From positions 1-54,512 of IMG/VR virus record IMGVR_UViG_3300021962_000134: a stretch of 54,512 bases of DNA, one strand, 5' to 3'. Below, in pieces: positions 19,349 through 28,032 of the stretch. The notes under the pieces were generated by a model. The model searched no databases and was not told where the DNA came from. It saw only the letters and a list, made by a program, of their open reading frames with translations. This DNA is from a virus. Lineage: Duplodnaviria; Caudoviricetes. Position numbers and translations under genes: made by a program. Positions within the stretch are counted from its first letter, which is position 1. Every line of letters begins with the position of its first letter.

Positions 19349-19619
19349 GATCCAAAGACTCCAACATGAACGCATAAACTCCCATATCGTGGACTGAATC
19401 AATATGAGTGTCTGGCCAATTTTGAGCGTACCGCGTCAACTTGGCAACAATCATGTTAACAATCCCGAAACGATTCCACTCCTCCTCAGTACGCAGAGTT
19501 ATACCATCCGGAAACAAAGCTGTCATAACTTTTCCGTGCTGAAGGTAGTTCTGCCCGTAGACTTTGCTCCGCTCTCGGAAAGTTTCCAGAGCTTGTTCCA
19601 TGCATTGTTCAGGAGTCAT
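19332..19619 (-). CDS. All-alpha NTP-pyrophosphatase-like / nucleotide-modification-associated domain protein
   Basis: FRER...YG, KLTRY and DS..D...YA.ML pattern. Confidence 0.55.
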   Translation of the reverse strand: MTPEQCMEQALETFRERSKVYGQNYLQHGKVMTALFPDGITLRTEEEWNRFGIVNMIVAKLTRYAQNWPDTHIDSVHDMGVYAFMLESLDHDINN

Positions 19620-19848
19620 AATGTTCCTTTTCTTTGTTCATTGCTTCAATCAGCCCTTGCCGGTATCCGTCTTGCCAACCTTCAGAGTATGCAGTTTGCC
19701 AACTCATGCCTTCCTCTTCTCGGTCGATGTAAGTTCTCTCGATTGCTTTTTCTAAATTGTAACGCATCGTGCCAACAATGTCGAAAACCCGCGCAACCTT
19801 TTCCCCGTCAAGTTCCAAATCATTTCCGTTCAATTTAAGTTCTGGCAT
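19609..19848 (-). CDS. Hypothetical protein
   Basis: Start MPELK coupled to the upstream stop; AYSEGWQDGYRQG motif. Confidence 0.6.
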   Translation of the reverse strand: MPELKLNGNDLELDGEKVARVFDIVGTMRYNLEKAIERTYIDREEEGMSWQTAYSEGWQDGYRQGLIEAMNKEKEHYDS

Positions 19849-20282
19849 CACATATCTCCTGGAGCAACTTGTAAACAATGAACACCTTCCCCACGCCACA
19901 TGTCCACACAACTGCTTTTGTCCTCAAGCACAAACCAAACATCTTTGTAATTAAAATTGTCCTGAAAGATTTTTTGTTTGCAGTCTGCGTCTGAAAGGTG
20001 ATTGTCGTTTGGTCTCATCAGCAATCTGTCGTAAGGTATATCGTTCAGCTTCAACCAACGCTCGGTCTCTGTCCGGTTGCGCTCAGTTCTCGCAGTCATG
20101 ATAACAACCTCTGTCTCTGGGTCTTTTAACCTACGCAGTATGTTGCAGATGGCTTCAATCGGTCTGTCTTTAATTCCTTCTGCGTTGAATTGTTCATACT
20201 CACGCTTTTTATAGAGCTCAACCCTATGACCATAATCCCCTAACGTACCGTCTAAATCTGAAATAATTACGCGCTTATCCAC
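19848..20282 (-). CDS. HAD-superfamily phosphatase (PNKP phosphatase-like)
   Basis: DLDGTL, TAR, LLMR...D, K, LED motifs. Confidence 0.88.
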   Translation of the reverse strand: MDKRVIISDLDGTLGDYGHRVELYKKREYEQFNAEGIKDRPIEAICNILRRLKDPETEVVIMTARTERNRTETERWLKLNDIPYDRLLMRPNDNHLSDADCKQKIFQDNFNYKDVWFVLEDKSSCVDMWRGEGVHCLQVAPGDM

Positions 20283-20761
20283 GATGGAGCCTCTCTGTTT
20301 GTGTACTTTGTTGCAAAAGAAATTTTTTCACCTACAATGTAATCGCGGTACGCTTGCACTGCGCGGTTGGGGTGTTGTTTGTATTGATCCGGCATACACT
20401 GTGGTGGTTGAGTCCAAGCAACGTCCGGAATGTTTTTGGGTAACTCTTTAAGAGCTTGTAACAGCTTTTGCTCGGTCTTGTGGACTTTGCCGTAACGGTG
20501 AGTGTACTCTTTGCAGAGCGATGCAAAAAGCTCATAAGCCCAACGGTAATGTTTGATTGAAGAACGTACCCAAACTGCTGACGGGTGATTCTTGTGAGTG
20601 GACTTGTACATACCGAGCGCGTCTGCGTTGGTGTCGCCGTCCAACTCTCGGTGTGCGGTGCTGAGCAACTGCGCGGTCTCGAGAATCATCTTAACACAAT
20701 GCTTGTCACAGTGTGCTATTGCTGCAAGAGGCGCGTAATGGTGTAGATAAAATATGTTCAT
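20267..20761 (-). CDS. Pyrimidine-dimer DNA glycosylase-like protein (DenV family)
   Basis: MNIFYL..HCDKH.VKMILE.AQLLS, HKNHP, EY..RYG..H, PQCMP, AYR.Y. Confidence 0.8.
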   Translation of the reverse strand: MNIFYLHHYAPLAAIAHCDKHCVKMILETAQLLSTAHRELDGDTNADALGMYKSTHKNHPSAVWVRSSIKHYRWAYELFASLCKEYTHRYGKVHKTEQKLLQALKELPKNIPDVAWTQPPQCMPDQYKQHPNRAVQAYRDYIVGEKISFATKYTNREAPSWISA

Positions 20762-20775
20762 CTTTTGTTCCTTTC

Positions 20776-20934
20776 TCAGAAAATTTCAATGTCAATATTG
20801 TTTAATGGCGTCTCACCAGATTCATGATCCTTTAACAGCTTTTCAATTTCTTTCAAAACCGAAGCAGAATCATCACAACGTATCGGATATTTGAACCCGA
20901 GCTCATTAGTGAAAAACACTATGAATTTTTCCAT
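20776..20934 (-). CDS. Hypothetical 52-aa protein (not in the ORF track)
   Basis: MEKFIVFFTNELGFKYPIRCDD...; preceded by promoter P3 and TGAGAAAGGA. Confidence 0.65.
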   Translation of the reverse strand: MEKFIVFFTNELGFKYPIRCDDSASVLKEIEKLLKDHESGETPLNNIDIEIF

Positions 20935-20961
20935 ATTTTTCCTTTCTCAGTAAGAACCATT

Positions 20962-20990
20962 ATTATACTCTGTAATTGATCAAAAGAAAA
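20962..20990 (-). promoter_or_regulatory. Sigma70-like promoter P3
   Basis: TTTTCT-N17-TATAAT. Confidence 0.7.
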
Positions 20991-21174
20991 GCCTGAAAAC
21001 CCTTCTCAGGAGCCCAGTTTTCTTGCGTTTACTCAGCAGGTACTGGACTGTCTTTTTGCCCTGCCAGCCCATCTCCTCGGCTATTTGTAGGTAGGTTTTG
21101 CCCTGTTTACGGAGAGCGTGGACCTTATCAACACAAGCCTGATCATATTTGAAACTTTTGTATTTGGACATCAT
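20980..21174 (-). CDS. Small HTH DNA-binding protein
   Basis: LRKQGKTYLQIAEEMG...TVQYLL. Confidence 0.7.
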   Translation of the reverse strand: MMSKYKSFKYDQACVDKVHALRKQGKTYLQIAEEMGWQGKKTVQYLLSKRKKTGLLRRVFRLFF

Positions 21175-21181
21175 TTTCTCC

Positions 21182-21373
21182 TTAAATGCTGTATGGACAC
21201 CAAGAATTAAAAACATACCTCTGAACATATTTGCAATCATAATCCATGCAGTACGTTCCTACATATTTGAACCCTTGCGCAGTGGAAACTCCCTCGCACC
21301 GCAACAGCGTGGCGGACATGGCAGGGATCGCAACCGAACAATACAGAACAGCAATAGCTAACAACTTTTTCAT
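21182..21373 (-). CDS. Small exported Cys-rich protein
   Basis: MKKLLAIAVL...PAMS signal-peptide-like start; four Cys in the mature part; AGGAGG RBS. Confidence 0.65.
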   Translation of the reverse strand: MKKLLAIAVLYCSVAIPAMSATLLRCEGVSTAQGFKYVGTYCMDYDCKYVQRYVFNSWCPYSI

Positions 21374-21381
21374 AAATCCTC

Positions 21382-22026
21382 CTATGGGTTAAGTGCTTTG
21401 TACATGGATGGTGCAGCCCACTCAGTGGGTGTCAAAAACGGTTCAGCCCATGGGTGGACTTTAACAACTTCCCCAACCATCAGCTTGAACACTTCTTGGT
21501 ACTCGCCTTGCGCACGTGGTGAGAGCCGAGACTTGGCCATTTCACTCAGTGTGCGCAGATTGAATTTTGCAACGATGTTTGTATGAATGTTTGTCGGTAA
21601 TACACCGCGAGCATCCTCAGCCGGAACTATCTTGCGTAGTTTTTGGTAGTAGATGTTGATTGTTTTCATACACTCGTCGTAATACGTTTTTGCATCTTCG
21701 TTTTCCTCGATGCGTGGCGGAGTGTAATAACTGAAACCAGTCATATCAACTGTGCGCTGAGACTGCTGTGCGTACGAGCCTTGTCTGGTGCGAACGAACT
21801 GGTGGGTGAATCCTCGGGTCACATCTCTCACATTAAAAGTGTAATCAATGAACTCCCAAGAGGAGCGGATTGTTTTAAGCATATAATCCAACTCCTCTTG
21901 TTTCTGTTCTTCAGTCCAATTGGAAATTTTCTTGTACGCATCGTCGTCGTTCATTAAGCGAGTGTTCTTGGTGAACAACAACAGATTAACTGCATCATCG
22001 GTGTAACTTATCAACTCAACCTTCAT
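21382..22026 (-). CDS. thyX: Flavin-dependent thymidylate synthase-like protein (atypical motif)
   Basis: S.WEF, HQFVRTR..SYAQQSQR, EDARGVLP, NLR, R....AQ.E. Confidence 0.85.
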   Translation of the reverse strand: MKVELISYTDDAVNLLLFTKNTRLMNDDDAYKKISNWTEEQKQEELDYMLKTIRSSWEFIDYTFNVRDVTRGFTHQFVRTRQGSYAQQSQRTVDMTGFSYYTPPRIEENEDAKTYYDECMKTINIYYQKLRKIVPAEDARGVLPTNIHTNIVAKFNLRTLSEMAKSRLSPRAQGEYQEVFKLMVGEVVKVHPWAEPFLTPTEWAAPSMYKALNP

Positions 22027-22027
22027 T

Positions 22028-22966
22028 TTATTTTCCTTTCTGAGAATGCATCCAACGTGAATAGTCAGATTCTTTCGAGACGAACTCGTCTATGATTTTT
22101 AAATCCTCAACAACATCATCCATTAACAGCTGTCGCCAAGTGGCAAACCGCCCAACGGAGTAAATGTTGTGTTTGGTGGTCATTTCAAAAATAAACTGCT
22201 TGCGTAACCGTTCGTCGATTGGTCGGATCTTCCCGAACTCCTGAGAAGATTCTTTTATATCGACGAGCTTGGTTGGCTTTATACCGAAATCATCCATCAG
22301 CGTGATCATTGTGTGCTGTCCAGCGTTCATGTTAGGCTTGCGGATGAATTCAGATATCACCGTATCACCCACGACTGAAACTCGGTAGTGATCTGTGATT
22401 GGGTCAGGGTAGTAAACGGTTTGGTGAACCGCGCACTCCATGTCTATAATGCGTGCAGTCTGTGTGTAGATTTTTTGCTTAGGGAACTCTGGCACATCTG
22501 GCCAACCAACAATCTTCATCAGTATCGGCATCGGTATTGTGGAGATGATTGGGGTGTTGTACTTTTTTGCATCCTCTATCGACTGCATCGTCATTGGATC
22601 ATTGTACAATATGTTGCAGTTTTTAGACATTGCGCTTATGAGTTCCCAAGGAGCAATGTAACGGTCAACCGGATCCAAATTGCTGATCGAACGGCTCAGT
22701 ATCGCACCTGTGACTTTTTGTGAATACAAATTGCTCAAGAAAAGATTCGGCGTTGTCACGAGTTTGCCATCGTACTTGATTGCTTTGTGAACGCGAACTT
22801 TCCTGAACGGTATGTTACAGGCTGTGCCGACTTTGTCAGTTCGGAACCGCAACAGAGCTCCATGGTTGTTTGGCAGAGAACCTTGCGACTCACAAATGGT
22901 AGGATCAAACCTACGCAAAGCGTGTGCCGCCAACAGACCTGCCAATCCTGCTCCATAAATAAACAT
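22028..22966 (-). CDS. FAD-dependent oxidoreductase (Glf/HemY-like Rossmann fold)
   Basis: IYGAGLAGLLAA, IISTIP, YSVGRFATW. Confidence 0.8.
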   Translation of the reverse strand: MFIYGAGLAGLLAAHALRRFDPTICESQGSLPNNHGALLRFRTDKVGTACNIPFRKVRVHKAIKYDGKLVTTPNLFLSNLYSQKVTGAILSRSISNLDPVDRYIAPWELISAMSKNCNILYNDPMTMQSIEDAKKYNTPIISTIPMPILMKIVGWPDVPEFPKQKIYTQTARIIDMECAVHQTVYYPDPITDHYRVSVVGDTVISEFIRKPNMNAGQHTMITLMDDFGIKPTKLVDIKESSQEFGKIRPIDERLRKQFIFEMTTKHNIYSVGRFATWRQLLMDDVVEDLKIIDEFVSKESDYSRWMHSQKGK

Positions 22967-23439
22967 CAATTAACCTCGACATTCCCTTTTTTAATATCCC
23001 AAGCCAAGTCTTGCAACCTTCCACCTTTCGAGACAAACATCTCGTAGCTGATTGGGGAGTTGTCGATAATTATTTGCAAAGATGTGTAACCGTGCGTGTC
23101 TTTGCGACGATTGTTGTCTTGAGTTTTGGCTACGAGGTTTTTCCCTGCGTAACCAGATTTGCGTCCACGTGTGCTTCCGCTTTTGACTTGTTTAACTTTA
23201 ACTTCTACGACTTCCATAGTTTTACCTTTCAGTCTTTGTTTAATGTCGAGCAATTCCTCATGAGCTGATTCCCAACTAAATTGGATATTGCCTGTTTTGT
23301 GAAACTCGTGCCAATCTCTTTTGTATTTCTTTTTGAAAACTTTAAGATCAGCACTGATGTGTACGTAGCCACGAGGCAACTGCTCCACGCTTATTTGCAT
23401 GGAGTCAGCTAGCTTCTGGCAGTTTTGTTTTGCGCTCAT
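22966..23439 (-). CDS. Hypothetical protein, possibly DNA-binding
   Basis: Basic C-terminal half ending GGRLQDLAWDIKKGNV; coupled to the FAD gene by TGATG. Confidence 0.65.
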   Translation of the reverse strand: MSAKQNCQKLADSMQISVEQLPRGYVHISADLKVFKKKYKRDWHEFHKTGNIQFSWESAHEELLDIKQRLKGKTMEVVEVKVKQVKSGSTRGRKSGYAGKNLVAKTQDNNRRKDTHGYTSLQIIIDNSPISYEMFVSKGGRLQDLAWDIKKGNVEVN

Positions 23440-23440
23440 G

Positions 23441-23803
23441 TTAGTCTAATCTTGACTGTGGGTAAGCGTCAATGTTGTTCTTTCTGAGCACCTCGGAGAA
23501 TGCTTGTGCGTAGGCGCGTTTGCGTTCATGGCTTTGATTAAATTCATTAACCCAAATTGTGTACCCAGTCTCAAACTGAGACTTGCGCCCAATGTTGTTG
23601 TCTTTCAGAAACTTCACAAACTTACCGCGTGCTGGGTGGATTTTAATCCAAGCAAATCCACACAACCCATCACTAACAACTTCACGCTGTGGTTGGTTGT
23701 TGCTGTCGGTCCAAGTCACAATCATCGGTTGTGGCGTATGACGTTGTCCGGCGATGATTCCTGCATTGTGCGCTTCTAAATAAATCTCGGCTGCTTTACG
23801 CAT
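23441..23803 (-). CDS. Conserved phage hypothetical protein (CGFAW type)
   Basis: CGFAWI...QS.ERK.AYA.AF...SRLD; start after the TGAGAAAGGA RBS. Confidence 0.75.
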   Translation of the reverse strand: MRKAAEIYLEAHNAGIIAGQRHTPQPMIVTWTDSNNQPQREVVSDGLCGFAWIKIHPARGKFVKFLKDNNIGRKSQFETGYTIWVNEFNQSHERKRAYAQAFSEVLRKNNIDAYPQSRLD

Positions 23804-23850
23804 GTTAAGTTCCTTTCTCAAAAAAGACAGTTAATTCTGTCAGTTTAATA

Positions 23851-23879
23851 ATTATCTCTTAATTCTGTCAAAAAGAAAA
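23851..23879 (-). promoter_or_regulatory. Sigma70-like promoter P4 with a TGACAGAATTAA direct repeat
   Basis: TTTTCT-N17-GATAAT; the 12-mer occurs in the spacer and again downstream of the -10. Confidence 0.7.
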
Positions 23880-23924
23880 CAATTTTAATCAATTTTATTT
23901 TCATTTAAAAACAAAGAGTTATCA

Positions 23925-25385
23925 TTAAATTTCATAGTGCCTCAGACCTCTTGGTCTGATTAACATCAGATTTTGACGAGTTCTGGTCACTGCCACATAC
24001 CAAACTCGGTTCTCCTCATCCTTGTGAGAGTTCTCCCAACTCAGCTTGCCCATGTCGGTGATTAACGCAACGTTGTCTGCCTCGCCACCTTTTGATTGAT
24101 GAATGGTGGATATTGTGATCCTTGGTTTCTCGAAAAACTTCTCCCCATTGCGTAAACATGACCGTAGATACTCACGCTCGTCTGGGGCAATCCCGCGCAA
24201 CATCCGCATCCAATCAAACTCCCGAGCTGCATCCGGAAAACCAAAATCTTTAAAAACGTATGTGTCTTGTTTTTTCAGCCTCGGTTTTTCAATCAGAAAC
24301 TGAATCATGTTTTTATATTCGAACAGTGTGATCTTTCCACCACTGCGTAACCGTTCCCAACTCAATATGGCGCGAGTCTCTTCAGTCTCCAAAGAGTTTT
24401 GTCCGTTGTATAAATATGCGTAGCCTTGCTGTCGAGCAGACAGTCTGAAGCGATTCAGTAGGTACTTGCTCCGGCTCATGCAAAGCCATGTGCCATCTTT
24501 TGCGAAATCGATTTGTTGCTCATCTGCGATGTACTCGACTGAGCCAGCATCTGTGCGTGGTGACCATGGTTTCACATAACGATTTTTAATCCTACTGACA
24601 ATGTTGAGTGCGAGTTTGTGAACCGAACGCGGGATGCGGTAACTTTGCGGGAGTATCTTACGGTCTCCAGATAAATTTAAAAACTTGTTAACATCTGCAC
24701 CAGCCCAACCAAAAATTGCTTGGTCATCGTCGCCGGCAATGTAAACTTCCTTGGCACAGGATGCGGCTTTGATTGCCATTTTGTATTGTAGTGAGCTCAG
24801 GTCTTGTGCTTCGTCAATGATGCAAATGTCGATGTCGAGTTCGGTGTTGTAGGATTCGAGCATGTCGGTGAAATCGAACAGACCTAACTCTTTTTTATAT
24901 GCACGCAAAGATCTGTCGTATTGTCGAGCTGCATGAAGTGTTAAATCGTTCACAGAGGTTATATGGTATTGATCCTCAACAGAACGTAACCCAACACGCG
25001 CCAAACTCTCGATGCGTGAACATTTATCTCCCAGCCCATCACCAGTGTGAATCCCCAAGTCTTCATCGTAGATGCCTCTGAACTCAACCCCGAGTGCTTT
25101 GCCAAGTTTGCGGTAATGGTTATCAGTCATGACCTCGTCGCGCTGTAACCCCAGCTCTCTGAATGCCAACGAGTGCAACGTTCTGAAAAACGGGAAGCGT
25201 GCCTCGTCGAATCCGAACTGTAACATTGCTCGCTCTTGTGCCTCGTATGCAGCTTTGCGGGTGAACGCCAAGTAAGCAATGCGCTCTGGCGGAACACCAC
25301 GTGTTAATGCATCTTCAACAATGCGTAGGAGCGTAGTTGTCTTGCCAGTTCCTGGCGGACCAAGTATTACTTGAACGTGTCTCAT
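23925..25385 (-). CDS. UvrD/Rep-like SF1 helicase
   Basis: GPPGTGKT, TLHS, DEAQD, GDDDQAI, QSYR, TIHQSKGGE, YVAVTR. Confidence 0.93.
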   Translation of the reverse strand: MRHVQVILGPPGTGKTTTLLRIVEDALTRGVPPERIAYLAFTRKAAYEAQERAMLQFGFDEARFPFFRTLHSLAFRELGLQRDEVMTDNHYRKLGKALGVEFRGIYDEDLGIHTGDGLGDKCSRIESLARVGLRSVEDQYHITSVNDLTLHAARQYDRSLRAYKKELGLFDFTDMLESYNTELDIDICIIDEAQDLSSLQYKMAIKAASCAKEVYIAGDDDQAIFGWAGADVNKFLNLSGDRKILPQSYRIPRSVHKLALNIVSRIKNRYVKPWSPRTDAGSVEYIADEQQIDFAKDGTWLCMSRSKYLLNRFRLSARQQGYAYLYNGQNSLETEETRAILSWERLRSGGKITLFEYKNMIQFLIEKPRLKKQDTYVFKDFGFPDAAREFDWMRMLRGIAPDEREYLRSCLRNGEKFFEKPRITISTIHQSKGGEADNVALITDMGKLSWENSHKDEENRVWYVAVTRTRQNLMLIRPRGLRHYEI

Positions 25386-25645
25386 TCTTTGTCAGCGTGA
25401 TAAGAATTATTTTTAATCCAACGCATGAAAGAAAGAAACTTCATCATTGACTCTTTAACATCTTTTTCCATTGGCCAGAGTTTTACAAAATCTTCGTCGA
25501 GATATTGTGCGACAGATTTCATGTGTCCGACTATCTCGGAAACTTGCCTTGGTGATAAACTAGTCCATAGTTCGTGGTAAGTTCTCATGGTGTTAATCTC
25601 CCAAATCATTTTTTCGATCTTGGATCGGTCTCTTGGGTCCATCAT
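25382..25645 (-). CDS. Hypothetical protein
   Basis: 87 aa, overlap-coupled to both neighbours. Confidence 0.65.
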   Translation of the reverse strand: MMDPRDRSKIEKMIWEINTMRTYHELWTSLSPRQVSEIVGHMKSVAQYLDEDFVKLWPMEKDVKESMMKFLSFMRWIKNNSYHADKE

Positions 25646-27183
25646 CAGAACTGCTCCTGTACGGCAGTTGGTATTTCTAAATCATCCTCGTCGTCGTAGA
25701 ACTCTGGTGCTGGAACCGACCATACTTTAACTGGTTTGGACTTAATTCGAAAAGTCTTCCGGTCTCCACCAGATGAGCGCAACCAACTCCACACCTGATG
25801 CTGAGAGGGGTATCTGAAACGTCTTCCTTCGAGATATATAAATAAGTCCTCGGAGCGGAAGTAGACTTTGCCCTCGTCTGGGTCATGCCATGGCTTGGCG
25901 TTCATAATTTCGTCGCGATGTCTTGCTTGAACTTTTCCAGTTAAGAACGAGTCCAACATTTTCTCAAACTGACCTTGTGGCGATGCGTCGTCTGGGTCTT
26001 GTATGACTTCAACAGTGTTAAGCAATTCGTTAATGCGTTGCTCCCAACGTTGTGCAGGCATTTTTGCTGGGCACTTGTTCAGTTTCTCAACGCATATTTT
26101 TTGCAACTGGCTTTGGTCGAGGAGTTGTTGGGTTGTGACCTCGATGCGCTCGCCTTGTATCTCTAAGTACCAGCGCACAGAACTGCGGTTCTCGGTTTCG
26201 TACTTTGTGATTGCGTCGATCTCAATCGCCAACCCACCACCAACACCACCAATCCCGAACTCACGCTTCATGCACTTGGACTTCTCACAATAGTTACAGA
26301 TTGGTGCTTGCTTACAGGTGTATGCGTAATCTTTTTTGCTCACGGATTTTATTAACCCATTGACCTCACCAGATGGCAGGGGTGCTGGCATGCTTTCATA
26401 ATTAAACCGCATCAAGTCCTCTTGCCAGTCGTCAGGGTTCTTTTTCCGGAAGTACACCCCAACGTTAAACAACGAGATGTTGCGACCACCTTCTGGGAAG
26501 CCCATCGTCATGATATGTTGAAGGCATGGCGGACCATCGTCGAAGTGAGATGTTAAGTCTGGTTCGAACGTTTGTAGCTTTTCCCATGTGGTTGTTTTCT
26601 TTTCTGCAAACTCTACAAAACTTTCCAATGAAAGTTTTTTGCCTTTGTGAATTGCGAAACGCTCAGTGTTGTCTCCATCCCAATAACACAAGTTAATCCA
26701 GTTGCCTCGGTCTCGGTCGTTGGCTCGGCTGATTTGCTTGGGGAATATTTCCGCACCACCATAACCCAACGTTGCGGCAAACTCGTTAAGTTTGGCCACC
26801 ATGTCGATTGCAGCAATAGCCGGTTCACAAAATAAGTACAAGTGTGCACCACCACTCTTCGATCTACAAAGCACAAGTGGGGTGTCTCTAATTTTTTTCT
26901 CCAACTGTTCCAAAGATTCGTTCAGCTTAACTTCGCCACGGATATCGATGTCGATCACACCAAAGTTGCACGAGTTATCATCACGCAACATGATCACACC
27001 GAGTATGAACTCGCCACCTTTTAAATGAGATTCGTAGTGTTGCAGAGTTGCCGGTTCGGAAACGGTTACGGCTCTGCCCGACATTTTGCCGTCGGCTTCG
27101 CGCTTGGAAACGCGGTATTCCCCGTGGGCTTGCGAGTAGCCACGAAACAATTTCATGAAGCGTTTAATTAACGGTGCTTCCAT
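25645..27183 (-). CDS. Archaeo-eukaryotic-type primase with PriCT and a Cys-rich region
   Basis: IDID, RSKSGGAHLYLF, EIFPKQ, PPCL, EGGRN, C...C..C....C. Confidence 0.85.
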   Translation of the reverse strand: MEAPLIKRFMKLFRGYSQAHGEYRVSKREADGKMSGRAVTVSEPATLQHYESHLKGGEFILGVIMLRDDNSCNFGVIDIDIRGEVKLNESLEQLEKKIRDTPLVLCRSKSGGAHLYLFCEPAIAAIDMVAKLNEFAATLGYGGAEIFPKQISRANDRDRGNWINLCYWDGDNTERFAIHKGKKLSLESFVEFAEKKTTTWEKLQTFEPDLTSHFDDGPPCLQHIMTMGFPEGGRNISLFNVGVYFRKKNPDDWQEDLMRFNYESMPAPLPSGEVNGLIKSVSKKDYAYTCKQAPICNYCEKSKCMKREFGIGGVGGGLAIEIDAITKYETENRSSVRWYLEIQGERIEVTTQQLLDQSQLQKICVEKLNKCPAKMPAQRWEQRINELLNTVEVIQDPDDASPQGQFEKMLDSFLTGKVQARHRDEIMNAKPWHDPDEGKVYFRSEDLFIYLEGRRFRYPSQHQVWSWLRSSGGDRKTFRIKSKPVKVWSVPAPEFYDDEDDLEIPTAVQEQF

Positions 27184-27201
27184 CAGGATCATTCCTTTCT
27201 G

Positions 27202-27228
27202 AAAAAGAGAGGGGGCTCAGCCCCTCTC
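27202..27228 (-). terminator. Rho-independent terminator between SSB and primase
   Basis: GAGAGGGG/CCCCTCTC stem followed by TTTTT on the minus strand. Confidence 0.7.
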
Positions 27229-27235
27229 GTCAGTT

Positions 27236-28027
27236 TTACATTACGTCGGTTTCGTCGACTTCTTGTGCTACTTTGACTTCGCCTGATGTTGCGGATTGTC
27301 GGAATGATCTTGCGGCAAGATACAAATCTTTGCCATTTGGGAGTTGCTCGATGATGCCACCGCTTTGTGCATCGTACAACATTTTAATGGACCAACCAAA
27401 CCATGAACCCTGATCGTTTTCCTCGGGCACAGTCGTGAGTTGGTACGCGGTCCAAAATGAAGCGGCAGGTATGCTTTGACCGTTCACATTGATTGTGAGA
27501 CGTTGCATCATTGCGTTCCACTGTCGAGCTTTTTTGCTTTGGCTCTTGGACATGCTGATTGAAGCAGGAATGTAAGAACCATCCTCGTTCACCACAAGCA
27601 CAATGAACTCAGAGGTGGGAACAACTTCGTTTCCGTCGGGAGTTAAATACTCCCCACGTGAACCTCTGGTCAGTGTTGTGAGACAAGAACTGTCTGGTCC
27701 ATGATCCGCGACAAATCCACCTCTGTCCGCTTTCCACTCAAGATGTGCTTTGCGGAAGTGGACCGGAATCACTGTGAGACCTTTTGCTCCGTCGTACACA
27801 GCTTGCGCAACGTTGTCGTAGATCGAGCCTTGCTCTGCGCCTTCGATGTATGCTCCGTCGCGTTTGTTAACTTGTGGACTTAACGCTTGCAGAATACTCA
27901 GGCGTGGAATCATTATATCGTCACGTGTGACGTTTTCCAGCCCTGCTCCTGCGTCTTCTAAAAGTATTGATGAGTCAAATGCGACCACATCGGTGTTTTG
28001 CTTTTTTGCTACTTCTGCTTTTGCCAT
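27236..28027 (-). CDS. Putative ssDNA-binding/annealing protein
   Basis: IPRLSILQALSPQV motif, N.QG.WFGW, acidic tail; lies in the replication module. Confidence 0.6.
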   Translation of the reverse strand: MAKAEVAKKQNTDVVAFDSSILLEDAGAGLENVTRDDIMIPRLSILQALSPQVNKRDGAYIEGAEQGSIYDNVAQAVYDGAKGLTVIPVHFRKAHLEWKADRGGFVADHGPDSSCLTTLTRGSRGEYLTPDGNEVVPTSEFIVLVVNEDGSYIPASISMSKSQSKKARQWNAMMQRLTINVNGQSIPAASFWTAYQLTTVPEENDQGSWFGWSIKMLYDAQSGGIIEQLPNGKDLYLAARSFRQSATSGEVKVAQEVDETDVM

Positions 28028-28032
28028 AATGA

